NCBI GenBank assembly: GCA_963693365.1
Contig: CAVNZM010000012.1
Span: forward strand, 1,364,001 to 1,428,000
Source: Amoebidium appalachense
Lineage: Eukaryota; Protista; Ichthyosporea
Direction of reading: 5' to 3'
Length of the DNA: 64,000 bases
The stretch's first letter is position 1. Each line of letters begins with the position of its first letter. The translations under genes and the position numbers were made by a program. Of the stretch, positions 48,611-62,559 are shown one piece after another. The notes under the pieces are model-generated. The model did no database searches. It saw only the letters and a program-made list of their open reading frames with translations, and was not told the DNA's origin.

Positions 48611-50567
48611 CCCCCCCCCCCCCCCCCCCCCCCACCCCACCCCACCCCCCCCCCCCCCCCTCCTCCCCCATCCTTTCCTCTTCTCTGCCTCCATGTTGTG
48701 TATGACTGTGTGTGTGGGTGGGTGGATCAGCCTGGTATTATTCTTTTTCTATTCAAGATTTTTGACCTCTAGGCGTAGTAATACTCGGAGTTTCTTGTTC
48801 AAGAGTCCTTGGTCCATTAGCTATATTTAGACACCCCCCGTACCACGAATTGAGGAGAAAAGAAGGGGTCACAGGGAGTGTTGGGGCCTGTAGGCGGAGG
48901 GGGTGGGGTGGGGGGCCCGGGGGGTGGGTGGGGGGATCGAACATAAGTGAATTTACCCAGAAGGCGTGTGCGTGTGTGTGACACTGTGTGTGTGTGTAGC
49001 AAGGTGTACGTATACGTAAATAGAGAGTTCATGATAGCATGAATCTAGCACTGTGACACCGGTTGTTGCATAGTGCAGACTTCAAGTTTCGATTGTAATA
49101 AACAAAATGGCATATCAAACATGACAAAGTTTAAAAGGCCGAGACTCGTTTCAGCTTCGACAACTCCAGCTTACACACCCTAATTAGTAAACTGAAACGA
49201 CACCACGTGCACCCAAGGAACATCGCACAAACACAGAAAGTTAGAGCCCTGCCGAAACCCAAAAAAACACACAACCACACACCCCTGCACACACACAACC
49301 AGCATGTGAAACATGTCTGCATACTAACGACACCCATATCCAATTCGCCGTACTTGAAGCACCACGACGTCCTTGCAAGCATTTTTTCCACATTATGATC
49401 ACACAACAACCAATGAGAGTCCGTGTTTAGATTTTGTCAGTAGCTTTTATTTGGACCCCCCCTCCTCATCCCCGGGCCCACCTCCTCCTTTTCATAACTG
49501 CTAATCACAGCCTAGTACGTAAACTTAATATTAGCACTGCACCACAATATTCCTACACTGCGGCCGAGGGGAAGGGTGGGGGGGGGAGCTCGGGAGCGAG
49601 AGAGAGACTCGGGCCTGTACTAGGAAAGGTGGGCTGCAGGTACAGTGTGACACCGTGTGTGGAGGTGTGTGTGTGTATGTGTTTGTGTGTGTGTGTGTAT
49701 GTGTTTGTGTGTGTGTGTGTGTGTCACGATGTGTACTATGGCATCGTGTGTGTATGTACATGTGTCACGTGCGTGACATACGTGTGACGGTGTGCACTTG
49801 TGTGTGTAACTGTGTACCACACAGTGGGCGTACAGCGTGTGTGTGTGCATTCTATGTAGTAATACATGTGTGTGTAGGACATGGTGCTGTGCCATGACAC
49901 TGTACAGCGTGTGTGGGTGGTTTTGATGGTGAGCACCTGCAGCTGTATCATAATACCTCAGTGTTTGACGTTCAAGTTTAGTAGATGGGTGGGTTGCAGA
50001 CGATCAATTTATATAACCGCTTTTCCAATCACATGCACACCTTTAATTTTCTAATTTTTTTTTTGAGAAAATGCCCCAAATATTGCTCGGATATGAACTC
50101 TAGAGGGCTTAGTTACAAGGCTGCAGCGCTCTATAATTTTTGGGGAGCACCATGCAGATTACATTGATTAACCTGAGTACTAGTGTACTCCTCTAGCAAG
50201 CTATATGGTGAGCATGAACTGTGCACTGGGACCGACAAGAGAGGGAGAGAGACTCCATGGCCAAAAGAAGGTATGGTGATGCTATATTTGCTGTAATATG
50301 ATATCAGAATTAGGGCCTCTGTAAACTTGGAATTCTGTGTTTTCGAATTATATAAGGGATTCCGACTCAATGGGGATGGATACTCTGTCTATAGCTATAG
50401 CGTGATACTACAGTGGTGATTTACTAATGAGATAATTCACATATGATTTGAGCGTCTGAGATTTTTTGACAAAATTTGGATTTCGGAGTCTACAGAGGCT
50501 GCCGGATAATTAAGTTGGAAAGGGTGGGTGGGTGGGTGGGTACGTGTGTGTGTGCGCGCGCGCGTGT

Positions 50568-50623
<56 letters not shown>

Positions 50624-51068
50624 AGGCTGTGGCTTCCAGGGGTGCACAACTTCACAAAAATCTGGCAGATAATACATAGTTCCTCGTTTACCGTCTACCA
50701 AAAACAAGTGGATTGAAGCCTGAGTTTTCTTATCATACATTAGTCTTGGAGATGAAAGAATCAAAAAACATCATCGATCGCTTGTGTGTTTGCCACAAAT
50801 CAATCGACTGTGTGTGTGTGTCACAGTGCACGTGCGACATGGACATGTGCAGGGGTTTTGGGTACGTGCATGAGCGTATGCATCTAGCTGTTTGTTTGCG
50901 CGCGCGTGTGTGTAGTGCTATCTTAGCTAATTGCACCTTAGTATCCAGGCTCGAGTAAAGTCGGTGCTGTGAGGGCCTCCTAGAGGTCCCTCAAAAAACA
51001 GAACGGGATTAAAAAGAACTTTTTAGTAGATGAAAAAAAAAAAGCGTGTATGTGCGTGTGTGTGTACG

Positions 51069-51127
<59 letters not shown>

Positions 51128-52330
51128 ATAGCATGCGTGTGTGCTTGTGCGTGTGTGTTTGTGTGTCTCTCTCTCTCCCCCCCCCCCCCCCCCCCTCTCT
51201 CCCCTCCCCCCTCACTCCCTCCCTCTCCCCCCCCCCCCCCCCCCCTCCCTCTCTCCCTCCCTCTCTCCCTCCCTCCCTCCCTCCCTAGGCCTCCCTCCCT
51301 TAGGCCAGGCCCTCCCTCTCTCCCTAGGTCTCCCTCCCTCCCTAGGCCTCCCTCCCTCCCTCCCTCCCTCCCTCCCGCCCGGGACCTCTGTGTGTGTGTG
51401 TGTGTTTGTGTTTGTGTGTGTGTGTGTGTGTGTGTGCGTCTGTGCATGTGTATGTGCGTGCACAAACACACTTCAAAACAAAACAAACGGAACAGCTTTA
51501 AATTCAACCCAAGGCCACATGTAAGCTAGCCTTGAACGTCATGCGATGGACCTCAGTAGCCTCAAATACACATGCATTATACATTCTCCGCCGGGAGGGT
51601 TGCAACTGGGGGAGGGGGGGGGGGGGGGGGGGGGTTGGGGGGGGGGGGGGGGGGGGGGGGGTAAGACAATCAACCCTACAGCCCAGGAACAAGGCTTAAG
51701 TCTTTTAGACCCTACCGGTCGACTTACCTGGTATCTTATTAGCGAACCACCTGTAACAGAAAAGACCAAGCTTAGGTACACACGTTGGGCGCCATGCACC
51801 ACCCCCCTCATATTGCAGCATGGCATGCACGTAAATGTACATATTATGACTGTGCACATTCGGTGCTGTATACCGTAATCACTGGCACTGAAGTTACTAA
51901 GGCTTGGACACCTTTATTTCCATTTGCAAATGAACCAAAAGCGTGGGTTTTTTCAAGCGCACATATTCAGCCCTTGCATCGGTTCATGCTTCTCACTCCA
52001 ACAGTGTCGAGTAAGTCGGGTTATGGTTTATTCTGGAAATTTGAAATTAATTTTCAGGCACAGGCGACACCGTCTGCCAGCCTTAGGATATATTTACGAA
52101 ACCAGGGTTTATGTGCTTTGACCTCCCTGGCCACAAACCTATAGACCAATTCTAACAATGCATTTGCGGTCATATTAGGATATCGATACGGATTATTTAT
52201 CATTGCCGTATGAATATGCGTCCATAAATCTAAAAGAACACCCATTTGCATAGTAATTAGAATGTGCCGGGGCATCCTTTCACTGTCCTAGCATAGCGGG
52301 CCACGCGCAATTTAATTTTTTTTTAATTTT

Positions 52331-52361
<31 letters not shown>

Positions 52362-52911
52362 GGGGGGTTTGCTATAAACGTCGCTTAGTTGGTTTATAAA
52401 AAGTTTAATTAACGTAACGGTATAAGTACCTGGTACAAATACAACATAGGAAAAGGATATCCATTGGATCGTCATAATGCCGCCATTTGAAGTCTATCTA
52501 TCCCCTAAGAAATTTTCTTTAAGACCAGCAGCGACTTGTTGTGTCCGCATCATAGTATTAAAAATGGGGGAAAACTTTGGGGGAAGAAATAGCCTAGAAG
52601 AAATGCCGAAATTGGCGATCTTAGTCCCATTCCTTCTACTCTTCTTCGTTTTCTTATCTTCCTTTCTTTTTTCATGTTCTTTCATTTTCATTTTCATTTT
52701 CTTTCCTTTTTTTCTATAACATGAAACACCCCTTGCAGGAGCTATTCATCCACGCGTACTCGTTTCCTTATCGTTCACATATAGTTCTATCATGCACATG
52801 CCAACACTTGGCATCTCACGAATCAGATGACGCCTATAAAAAGACCCCGTCACAGTCAAAACTTTAACCGTTTTTTGTTTCACAAAACCTGTCACTGCGC
52901 CTGACCATACA

Positions 52912-52969
<58 letters not shown>

Positions 52970-52972
52970 CCA

Positions 52973-53813
52973 CTACATGTGCGCATTCGTAACGGGGTGT
53001 AAGCTGTGAAACACCTGCTGTGGAAAATAAACCTGATTGGTCGGCTGGTGTCCGGAATTACCCATCACCGCAGTGTGGTTGTAGCACGACGTCCACGGGT
53101 TATACACGTGTGTGTCGCTTGGGCTGCCCCGGGAGATGGAAAGGAGGCCATATGCAACAGCTACGTCGGTGTCCGTCTGTAGGTGCGTTCAAAATTATCA
53201 ATCAATCAACTGCTAGGCTTTGTTGTTGATTTTTAAGTAGCTAAAGTCGGTGATGATTAGATCCCCCCCCCCCCCCCCCTCCCCCCCCCCCCCCCCCCCC
53301 CCCCCCACACACACACCTTTTTTTTTTTTAAGAAAAAAAGGGGGGGCACTGACACTGACACTGACACACACACACACACACACACACACCTACCTGGAAC
53401 ACGCACACACGCAACCACACATCACACCTGCACGTACATAGACAAAGACACCGTAAAACACTACATGGGCACGTGTGTACACGTGTACACGTGGGTGCAG
53501 CATGCACGCACCAACGCACACACGCACGCAAACACACACACACACACGCACACACACACAGACAAAGAGTAGATGGGATATGACAAATGCCCATACAGGT
53601 CCACACACACACGGTGGGAAGCGGGGTTTTGTTTCCTACCAAAAAGCGCAGGCATGCCTGTCCCGCCCTGCACCCGTTGCACCACAAGTCGGGCCGGTCC
53701 AGCCCATGCTCGGACCGGCAACCTTGTTGCTCGACCCGGCCCGTGGGCACAGTCGGACCTAGGGAAGCGAATGTGTTAGTAATGGGGCAGGGCGAGTTCG
53801 GGCTGGCGGGTGT

Positions 53814-53861
<48 letters not shown>

Positions 53862-54635
53862 GAGGGGGGGGGGGGGGAGAGAGAGAGAGAAGGGGGGGGG
53901 GGGGGGGGGGGGAAGAGAGGGAGAGAGAGAGGGAGAGAGAGAGAGAGAGAGAAAAAGGGAGGCAGGGAGGGAGGGAGGGAGAGAAAGGGAGACTGAGAGG
54001 GAGGAGGGTTTTGGAGCGAGGAAGAGGGTGGGGGGGGGGGGAGCTTGCCCACCTTGATACACATACTGCTGCTGTACCGGTTGCTGTATCGGAATAGGTC
54101 CGTGCGAGGGCATGAAGGGCGGTGAGGGTGTATAGGCCTGGGGCACCAATGACACATTACTGTCGGGGTTACTCATTCCAGACCCAACCGATGACTCAGA
54201 TTTTCGTTTTACTCGCTTGCCCCGACCGCCCTTAACCGGGGGAACCGGGGGAAGGAGTGCAGCTGGAACCAGCCCAATTGCTGGCATTGCTGGACCTGGC
54301 ATGCTGTAAGAACCAATTAAATCTGGTCAGCAGAGACCGACAAGATTTTCGATTGGATTGCATAACGATTTCATGCAAATTTCATATAATCTGGGGGTAC
54401 TTAAGGGCCAATAAACACTTTCATGACCAAACCGGGAGGCAAATGGGCATCGTGCACTTGGCCACCACATGCATCACACACCAAACATAGGTGCATGAGA
54501 TGAGAAAAAGCAGAAACGAAGGAAGGAAGGTTAGGCGAGATTTCCATAACGATTAATGAGCAAAGATGAGTGGAAAGAGGGTCTTAGGGTAAGGAAGAAC
54601 AGAAGAGGAATGGGTGGAGGGAGGGATGAGAGGGA

Positions 54636-54679
<44 letters not shown>

Positions 54680-54781
54680 CCTCGACTTAGAAGGCAAAAC
54701 ATTCCTACTTCTTTGCTCAAAAACCTCCTGCAAACAAAAAAGATCAAGGGGCAAAAAAAAAAAAAGAAGATGAAGAGGGGG

Positions 54782-54828
<47 letters not shown>

Positions 54829-56915
54829 AAAAAATAAAAATAAAAATAAGAAAAATAAAAGAAAACAACAACATTAAATAGCAGACACCCACCTGTCTTC
54901 CTTCTTCTTCACGGTGTGGTGCTGTGCCAGCTGGCTAAGGTACGCCCTCTTGGCCCTCTCCTCCAGCCCCGCCGCATGGTCTGCCAAAAAAAAAAAAAAA
55001 AAAAAAAAAAGGTGTCAGATTTGAAAATGAACGACCACTAATTTTAGAAACAAGCCATTGCGACGCTTTCGAGTCTTCAGATGCGATTCTACCTACATAG
55101 ACAGAAGGCAACCCCCCCCCCCCCCCCCCCCTTCCCCTCCCCCCCGGGACACACGTCCTCCCCATGCACACGCACGCACGCACACACACACACACACACA
55201 CACATACACACGCACACACACACGCGCACACACACACACACAAACCCAAGCTTCGGATATAATATTGGTGTACCTACCTGTGCTGTCTTTCCACGTCTTG
55301 GCAGCGGCCACCATCTTGGCATGGGCCTTCTCTGACATGTAGCAACAGAGAAAGTGCGATATCTTGGCCTGTGAAAAAGAATGAAAGAAATTGGAGTGTT
55401 AGAGATACGCTTGAGCCAGGAAACCAATAATAAAACAATAAAAAAGTAGGAATATCGCAAAATCGAAAAAAATATGTATGGACCAATTATTCTCGCGCGA
55501 TCGCGCGATTAGCCAAATATAGAAATTTGGGTGGGAAGTTTTGCGCGCCAAAAAAAAAAAGTTTTATAAAACAATAAAAAAAGTAGGAATATACATCAGT
55601 GGCAGTAAATCTGCAAACCCCGGCGTGCACCCACGCACCCACACACCCACGTACACACATGCGCACACAGACGAACACACGTACACACAACAACAACACC
55701 TAAAGAAAACCAAGGGGAACAAAGGACCAGTGACCCAAGCAGCTATCTTCTAAAGTAAAGTAAGGGTTGTGGCGCTATGCTCTATGATGCATCTAGAGAG
55801 CAACGGAGAGGATCTTGCTTATTATGCCCCTACTCCTATGCTCTTTCTACTAACACTTTTCCTTCTTTCTTTTGAATTTTGTGCTTAGTATGTAAATAAA
55901 ATGAGACCCCCCCTCCCTCCCCTCCACCTCCCCTGTCTTCTCCCGTTGTTCTCCTTCATCCTAATGACGATTGCTACTAACAGTTGACCCACATCTACAG
56001 TAGCATTGAGCGACTGTTCAAATTTCGATTAACCGAGGGTGTTTAGGTTGTTTTATATTGCTCATATGCTCTTAAACTCATATTTCTTTCTTTTTAGTTA
56101 TATTTTGATTTATCTTTTTTGTGCCTTACATATATGTACTGATCAGTCTAGTCAATACCTGCAGCAAACGCGGACGAGGGGGGGGGGGGGGGGGGGGGAG
56201 AATGGAGGGGTGGTCGTGGTCACCTGTGAGCAGTTCAAAAACGAAGCCATGTCAAACTGTGTGTAGTGTTGCTCCTTCATAAACTGCCTCAGCTCGGCAA
56301 CAAAAACATCGTCTGAAGAGGGAGGAGAGGGGCATTAGGTCGAGCCAAAAGGCAAACACTTTGGAGATAACGACGAGACGGACAATGGGAGAAGTTTCGT
56401 TGGCGCCGTGTTTTTTTACCAAGCGTTGTGTGATATCGTTCCACACACTGGTGTTTTTTTACTCACCCGACTACAATATCACAGCCAAATGCCGACAGCA
56501 TTAATGATGGAGCAAGCAAGTCGTTCCCCAAGAGATGGACTTTCTCTTCTTCTTCTTGTTTGTTTTTTTTCTTTACCCCCCCTCCTCCTCCCCTCCCCGC
56601 CAAATTTTTTCAACTTCTTTGTTTCAAACTTTGTCCCCCCCCCTCCCCCCCCCCCCCCCCCCCCCCCCCTTCCCCCCCCCCCCCGACGCACCGAAAAAAA
56701 AAAAAAAAAAAAAAAAAAAACGGGCCACCAACCTCGCTGAGCCGAGCACTTTGACTTCTTCCGTTTCCTTTTCTCCTCGTCTCCGCTGCTGCTGTCGTCC
56801 CCTGCTCTCTCCCCCTGTGCCTGCTGCACATGAAGTTAGCCTAATGCATGGCTGAAAAATAATAGCAACAAAGAAAAATTCAAGGACCACGTAGCACTTC
56901 TATGTCCCCGGTTTT

Positions 56916-56955
<40 letters not shown>

Positions 56956-57299
56956 TTATTTTATTTCTTTTTCCTTCTTTTTTTTGACATGGCAGAAAGC
57001 TGGTGTGTGGTCTCACCCACTACAGTGCTCTGTGCCATTGAACAGCCCCCTCCCCCCTTTTCAAACCCGCCTCTTCTCCCGATGACCAGAGAATACACAT
57101 ATCAAAAAAAAAAGGCTAACTGCCCACCCAATGAAAACCACTTCCTCATCCAGTAAGGTTCTCCCCGTACAATAAAACATAAAATGAGGTCCTCACACCA
57201 TCAGGTTCTCAAGTGGCCAAGTAAAATAATCACGGGAAAAAAAGGAGGGAAAAGACTTACCAGGGACTCCTCAAGGCGATCTTCTGACTGCTTCGCCAT
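52973..57299 (-). CDS. Putative transcription factor with a lambda-repressor-like (HNF1/HMBOX1/CUT-like) HTH and a C-clamp zinc domain, 8 exons: 57299-57261, 56823-56733, 56312-56224, 55368-55278, 54980-54893, 54303-54053, 53758-53640, 53176-52973
   Basis: Eight GT-AG exons join in frame. Features: NLS-like KRKRKK; ELRQFMKEQHYTQFDMASFLNCSQAKISHFL (HTH); CRSEHGLDRPDLWCNGCRAGQACLRFL (C-clamp spacing C-x12-C-x2-C-x5-C). Confidence 0.8.
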
Positions 57300-59352
57300 T
57301 CCTATGGGAACGAAGCAAAACCTGCTGGTGTCAAACCACACTGCAAAATTAATCATCAACTTTGAATCTGTGAATGTGTTTTGTGTATTCTAAGGAACAC
57401 TTCTCATGTTGAGCCTAACTATGTAAGCAGCCTAGACTATAATTCGGAGTTAGTACAGCACAATGAGGTACTGAGATATCACCATGCGTGACACAGCCGC
57501 TTTCCAGATAAAGAGTTTCACTTTCAATGTTTTTTCCCGAGCCAAGCAACGATAGCAGGGTAACCCCAACCAGTGTTTACTGTTACTAAACTCAACTATT
57601 ACAGCACTGTTCTTTCTAAAGAAAAATTAGTTAATGCGCTTGGAACGCATTACAAGCATCCTAAAGAAGTTTCGGGCCTAGTAAAAAACTCATAGCGGCT
57701 GGCCATACACAACTCACTTTGTGCAAGTGTCATGCGTCCAACCAAAGACTAATCTTGACCACTCCCTCACGTGAAAAAAAAGATGTGTCCCTGAAGGTGA
57801 TGCGGTGAATAAAAAAAAAAAAGACATCACAATGCGAAAAGAAAAAGAGGAGCATCTTGCGGAAAATCACTAACCTTCCTTTTTTTGGCCCGTCACAGCG
57901 CGCGCCCAGGTTGACCTCAAATGTGAGACGTAAACTTTATTTTTTTTTACTCTGCGTGTCGGTTTTTAGGTCGTGCATGCGTCCACGCTCCAGCCTCACC
58001 TCGGTACTTTAGAGAATTTTACCAGAGTGTTTAACCTGTTACAGAGCACAAAAACTAATATACTCGATGAGAAAAGAGTCTGAGAATTAACTTCTAGAGT
58101 ATCTTTCCCTCGTTCGTTTTGCAAACTCTCAGTCACAGATTGTGTGCCTGTTCGGAATCGACGCCACTATGTATGGCATACGATGATAAATCAAAAAAGC
58201 AAAAAGGAAGCAGACCACTTGCCCTATTGGCTTCAGATGTGACTAAAAGCAGGCGTGATTGTAAACCAAGGAAAACGCATGTATTGAGCTGACCTTATCA
58301 AGGACGATTCAAGGTTTCTACATGTATATATTTCTACATGTATAAATTTCTACTTACGTTGAGAATCGTAAGCAAAGAACAAGAAAAAAATCATAATTTC
58401 AATTTGCTATATTATTCAGCCTGGAGAAGGATTAGTATCACGCTAAGTTGAATAAGCGCAAGGATAATCAAAGGGTCTCAAACAATCGAAGTCAAAAACC
58501 CAATCAAGCACTTGCAATGTATAAAAGAAAACGGGCGGATTGGCTTTCTATTCAGAGAGGGCAAATCATTGTTTTCTTCAAATTTGTGTGATTCCATATA
58601 GGACTTGTAGCAGTACCAGATTAATATTAAGCCGTTACTCTACATTAGAAATTAGCAAAAATACTTACATATATCTAGATAAAGAGGTTTTTGTGCGTCA
58701 TTTATCAACATTACTTTGTTTCAGGCTACTCATCTTACTGCGCCTCATATCACCTATTCATATTCTCACAACTTCATATACCCCTCTCTTTGGCTACTAT
58801 TTCCTTAACCAATCAACGAGTTCAAGACAGCACTGGCTTTTCGGCTAAAAAGCATTTCTACAAAAATGCGTGGGAAACATGCGAGGCAATGACTAAGGCT
58901 AAACAATTCGAATGAAAAATGAGAAAGAATTATAGAAGGCACAACATATACCGCTTTATGCACTGCGTGTTCGTATTTTCTTTTAGATGATTCATCATTC
59001 CTGAATGACAAATGACTCTGAGACGTGCTCAGCAGTGAGCCTCTTTGAGGGCAGAGCCAATCATATACAGCACAAAAAGAACCATAAAAAGCGATGTAAG
59101 TGCCTCATTTGGAAATGGCGCGAAACATAAACCTTAGAGCGGCGGCTGGCGAAAGATAAAACAGATGTAGGTATGTGGGTCACTGACAGACTCAGAGTTA
59201 CAAGTTTGTAGTGGGTAACTTCAAAATATATCAGAGTAACTTCATAACACATTAATCATTTTGCAATAACAAACGGTATAACTTGGCTCTGCCGATCCAC
59301 AGCACAGAATGCCAGAAAAAGTCGTTCCTTCGGTACGTGTGGATGGCCCTTC

Positions 59353-59402
<50 letters not shown>

Positions 59403-60209
59403 AAAAAAAAAAAATTCACCGTGGTACTCCTTACTACTTCCCCTCTTTACAGCACTGACTGCCCGTTCCTTCTTGAGCTACCCCTAGTACGTTACTTTTC
59501 TGCTTAGAAGTGCCTCTTCTCTGTGCCGTATTTTCAACCCCCTTCTCTGCTTCCATCCCTCAAGTTCCCCGTCTTAGGTTTTTTGCACATGAAGAAGTTT
59601 TCCTTATACCGCGACTACCTGCTTTGAAACCAACTTCGGGGAGGTTTCAGCTTAATAGTATGGCGTGGATGCACCGATGTGACGTTGTATAAATTAATAC
59701 GTGCATAAAAATAAAATGCAACACGTGTCGGTGTGCTACTGCATGATGTGCATTCAAGCGCACTGCATGCGCGCGATGCAAGGATGTGTGCCGGTATGAG
59801 TGTACTGGCTGCGGGGAAAAAAAATGTGCATGCGTGGTTGGTGCCTGCGGGTCACTGTTTGTGCACATGCATGTGTGGGGATGTCGAGGTGTTCATGGTG
59901 CAAGTGCACCGTGTCACGGTGCATGGCGTGTGGCACGGTCACACCTGTATGTGTGTTTATATTTTTGGAGCTGCCTCTACATGTGCATGTGTTGTATGAG
60001 TTTTTGACCCCCCCCCCCCCCCCCCCTCCCCTCACAAGATACGATGCTTTCTATACATGCTTTGAGGTTTTCTGATTTGTGGTTGGCATGTTTCTCAATC
60101 ACCCCCCCCCCCCCCCCTCCCCTTTCAAAAACCCCGGCACATGCCCGTTCAAAAACCCCTCATGGCCGAGCATACCCACAGACCTCTCTCCCCCAATTTT
60201 TCTCCCCAG

Positions 60210-60644
60210 AGGCAATCACCCACATATCCACGCGGTTACGGAAGAGGGGAGAATGTGTCCAGGTGGGATTGAGTTAGGCGGGACGCGGCGGGTGGGGGGA
60301 CAAAAGGGGCGGCGGGGGACGTTGGGGGGGAGAGGGGGGGGAGGGAGGGGTTAGATACCTTAATAGGATGGGGAGGGGGAGGGGTTGGGGAAAGGGGGGA
60401 GGGGGGAGAAGAGGCAAAAGGAATGGTTATAAATGTCAGCTACTTACCAATATCATTTTTTTGCAATATCTAGGTGCTCCCTGCGACCAAGGGGTCGCTC
60501 AAACTCAAGCGAATCAAAGCCACGATGGGGTTTCTGTGCACCAGTGCGTACAAGGAGGTAACAGCGCGAGTGTTGGTGGTGGAGCATTCGTTTTCCGACG
60601 GTTGGTTTTGCCACGACCTCAATGGTCAAAAAAGTGTGTTTTCC

Positions 60645-60679
<35 letters not shown>

Positions 60680-61347
60680 AACCTTTTTTTTTTCGTGTGT
60701 GTGTTTTAAACCTTTTAGGACGTCTCCGGACTCGAGCTCCTAGCCCACTTCACCAATGTCATGTCTTCCACGTTCACCCCTCCACTCCCATAAAATCAGA
60801 CGGGTGCATAGACATCGCTTGATCCTGAAGATGTGTATAACCAATGCATACATCTACGCGTACATGTCCCACACATGTATCTGCACACACAAACAGCTCT
60901 TGCACACATACACACCTAACGATCAATTCGAATTTGTCCCCCGTCTACTCACCCTGCCCACACTCTTCTTATTTTCTTATTCTGACACATCCTGCTAACA
61001 CATTCATTCATCCCCCCCCCCCCCCCCCCCCCCCCCTCCCCACCTTTCCCCCCTTTACCTCCTCCTCTCCCCCATCCCTTTCCCCCCACCAACCCCCTCA
61101 CTCCTTTCATGCTCTTTACTTGATCAAATCACAACATTTTAATCTTCAGTCACCGAGTCTGAAATCGAGGATATGCGAGTGTGCATAGCAAAATGGCTGG
61201 ATAGCAAACCAATTGAAGAGACAACATACCCCCGCCAGTCGCTCTGTGATTTTTACAGAAACGAGGGGGCAGAGGACAAGCTGGGTATTCTCAAGGTGGG
61301 TGGGTGGTGTTTTTTTTTTTTTTTTTTTTTTTTTTGGGTGTGTGTGT

Positions 61348-61378
<31 letters not shown>

Positions 61379-61611
61379 GGGGGGGGGAGGGGGGGGGGGG
61401 GGGGGGGAAGGGGGGAGGGTGGAGGGGGAGAAGGAGAGAGAGGGGAGGGGGGGGGGGGGGGGGGGGGGGTGGGGGTGGGTGGGTGGTGGTGGTGGTGGTG
61501 GTAGGGGGGCAGGGGGAAGGGGGGGACATCTCTAAGAGCAAGAATCAGGATGAGAAAAGTACACCAACTTTTTTCTTTTCACCGGGCTATATCAGACGAT
61601 CCCCCCCCCCC

Positions 61612-61647
<36 letters not shown>

Positions 61648-61684
61648 CCACAACAACACAAAAAAAATTATGGACACACCCCCA

Positions 61685-61726
<42 letters not shown>

Positions 61727-62525
61727 ACACACACACACACACATTTACTTCATGCAAGAGCCTGTCTTGATTCGTCGGAACGGATTTTCTTATCGTTCCG
61801 AGTGATGTAATGACATAAATGAAACACCAACAAGAAAGTAAGCAGTCTTGGCATTGAACCGATCCAAGACGTTAGTGCATCCATCAACTTCCCTTGCCAC
61901 AAACTATGTCACTGTGTATAGGATTAGGGAGGGGATTACATATTATGCAGGATGGAGGTATAAGTTAATTTCAGATCCGTAGCTATCATATGCTACCTAT
62001 TCGGTATCATTTGACACCATATATACTCCCATGTACTACCACATACTGTCACATACTGACTTTCAGAAGCTATCAGAGACTATCGCATGCTATCAGAAAT
62101 AATTCATATACAAACAGATACTCTTATACACTACCATATACTCTCATATACTATCACATACCATCAGATACTCTCATATACTATCACATACTATCATATA
62201 GTTTCATCTTTTCTTCTATATACTATCATTTTCTATCATAAATAATACTTTATCATATACTTTTTAATACAATCATACACTAACAACACCTGTACTACTG
62301 TTGCAGGTGTGGCGCACAGACCCCATACCCATTGTTAGGGTGGGCAAATACATGGACTATCGTTTGCGTCCCCACGAAACAAGTCCTGAGGTAAAATACC
62401 TACTGCTTCCCCTCCCCCCCCCCCCCCCCTCCCTCCCCCCACTCCTCCTCCGCCCCCCTCCCCCCTCCCCCCACCGTTCCCTTAGGTCCCCCTCCCCCCC
62501 CCCCCCCTCCCCCCGCCATCTCCCC

Positions 62526-62559
<34 letters not shown>

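Noticed and set aside
47900-52900. Hidden gene in the ~5-kb interval between cyclin 2 and the C-clamp gene
   Set aside because: I could not assemble a phase-consistent exon chain or recognise a domain. A lncRNA or micro-exon gene cannot be excluded without RNA-seq.
56465-56540. Donor-like GTGAGT and possible exon in the C-clamp gene
   Set aside because: Weak acceptor and a phase incompatible with the flanking exons.
60719-60800. Possible exon DVSGLELLAHFTN in the kinase gene
   Set aside because: Reading through 60557 (VVEHSFSDGWFC) fits the family motif and phase better. This segment hits a stop or a phase conflict.
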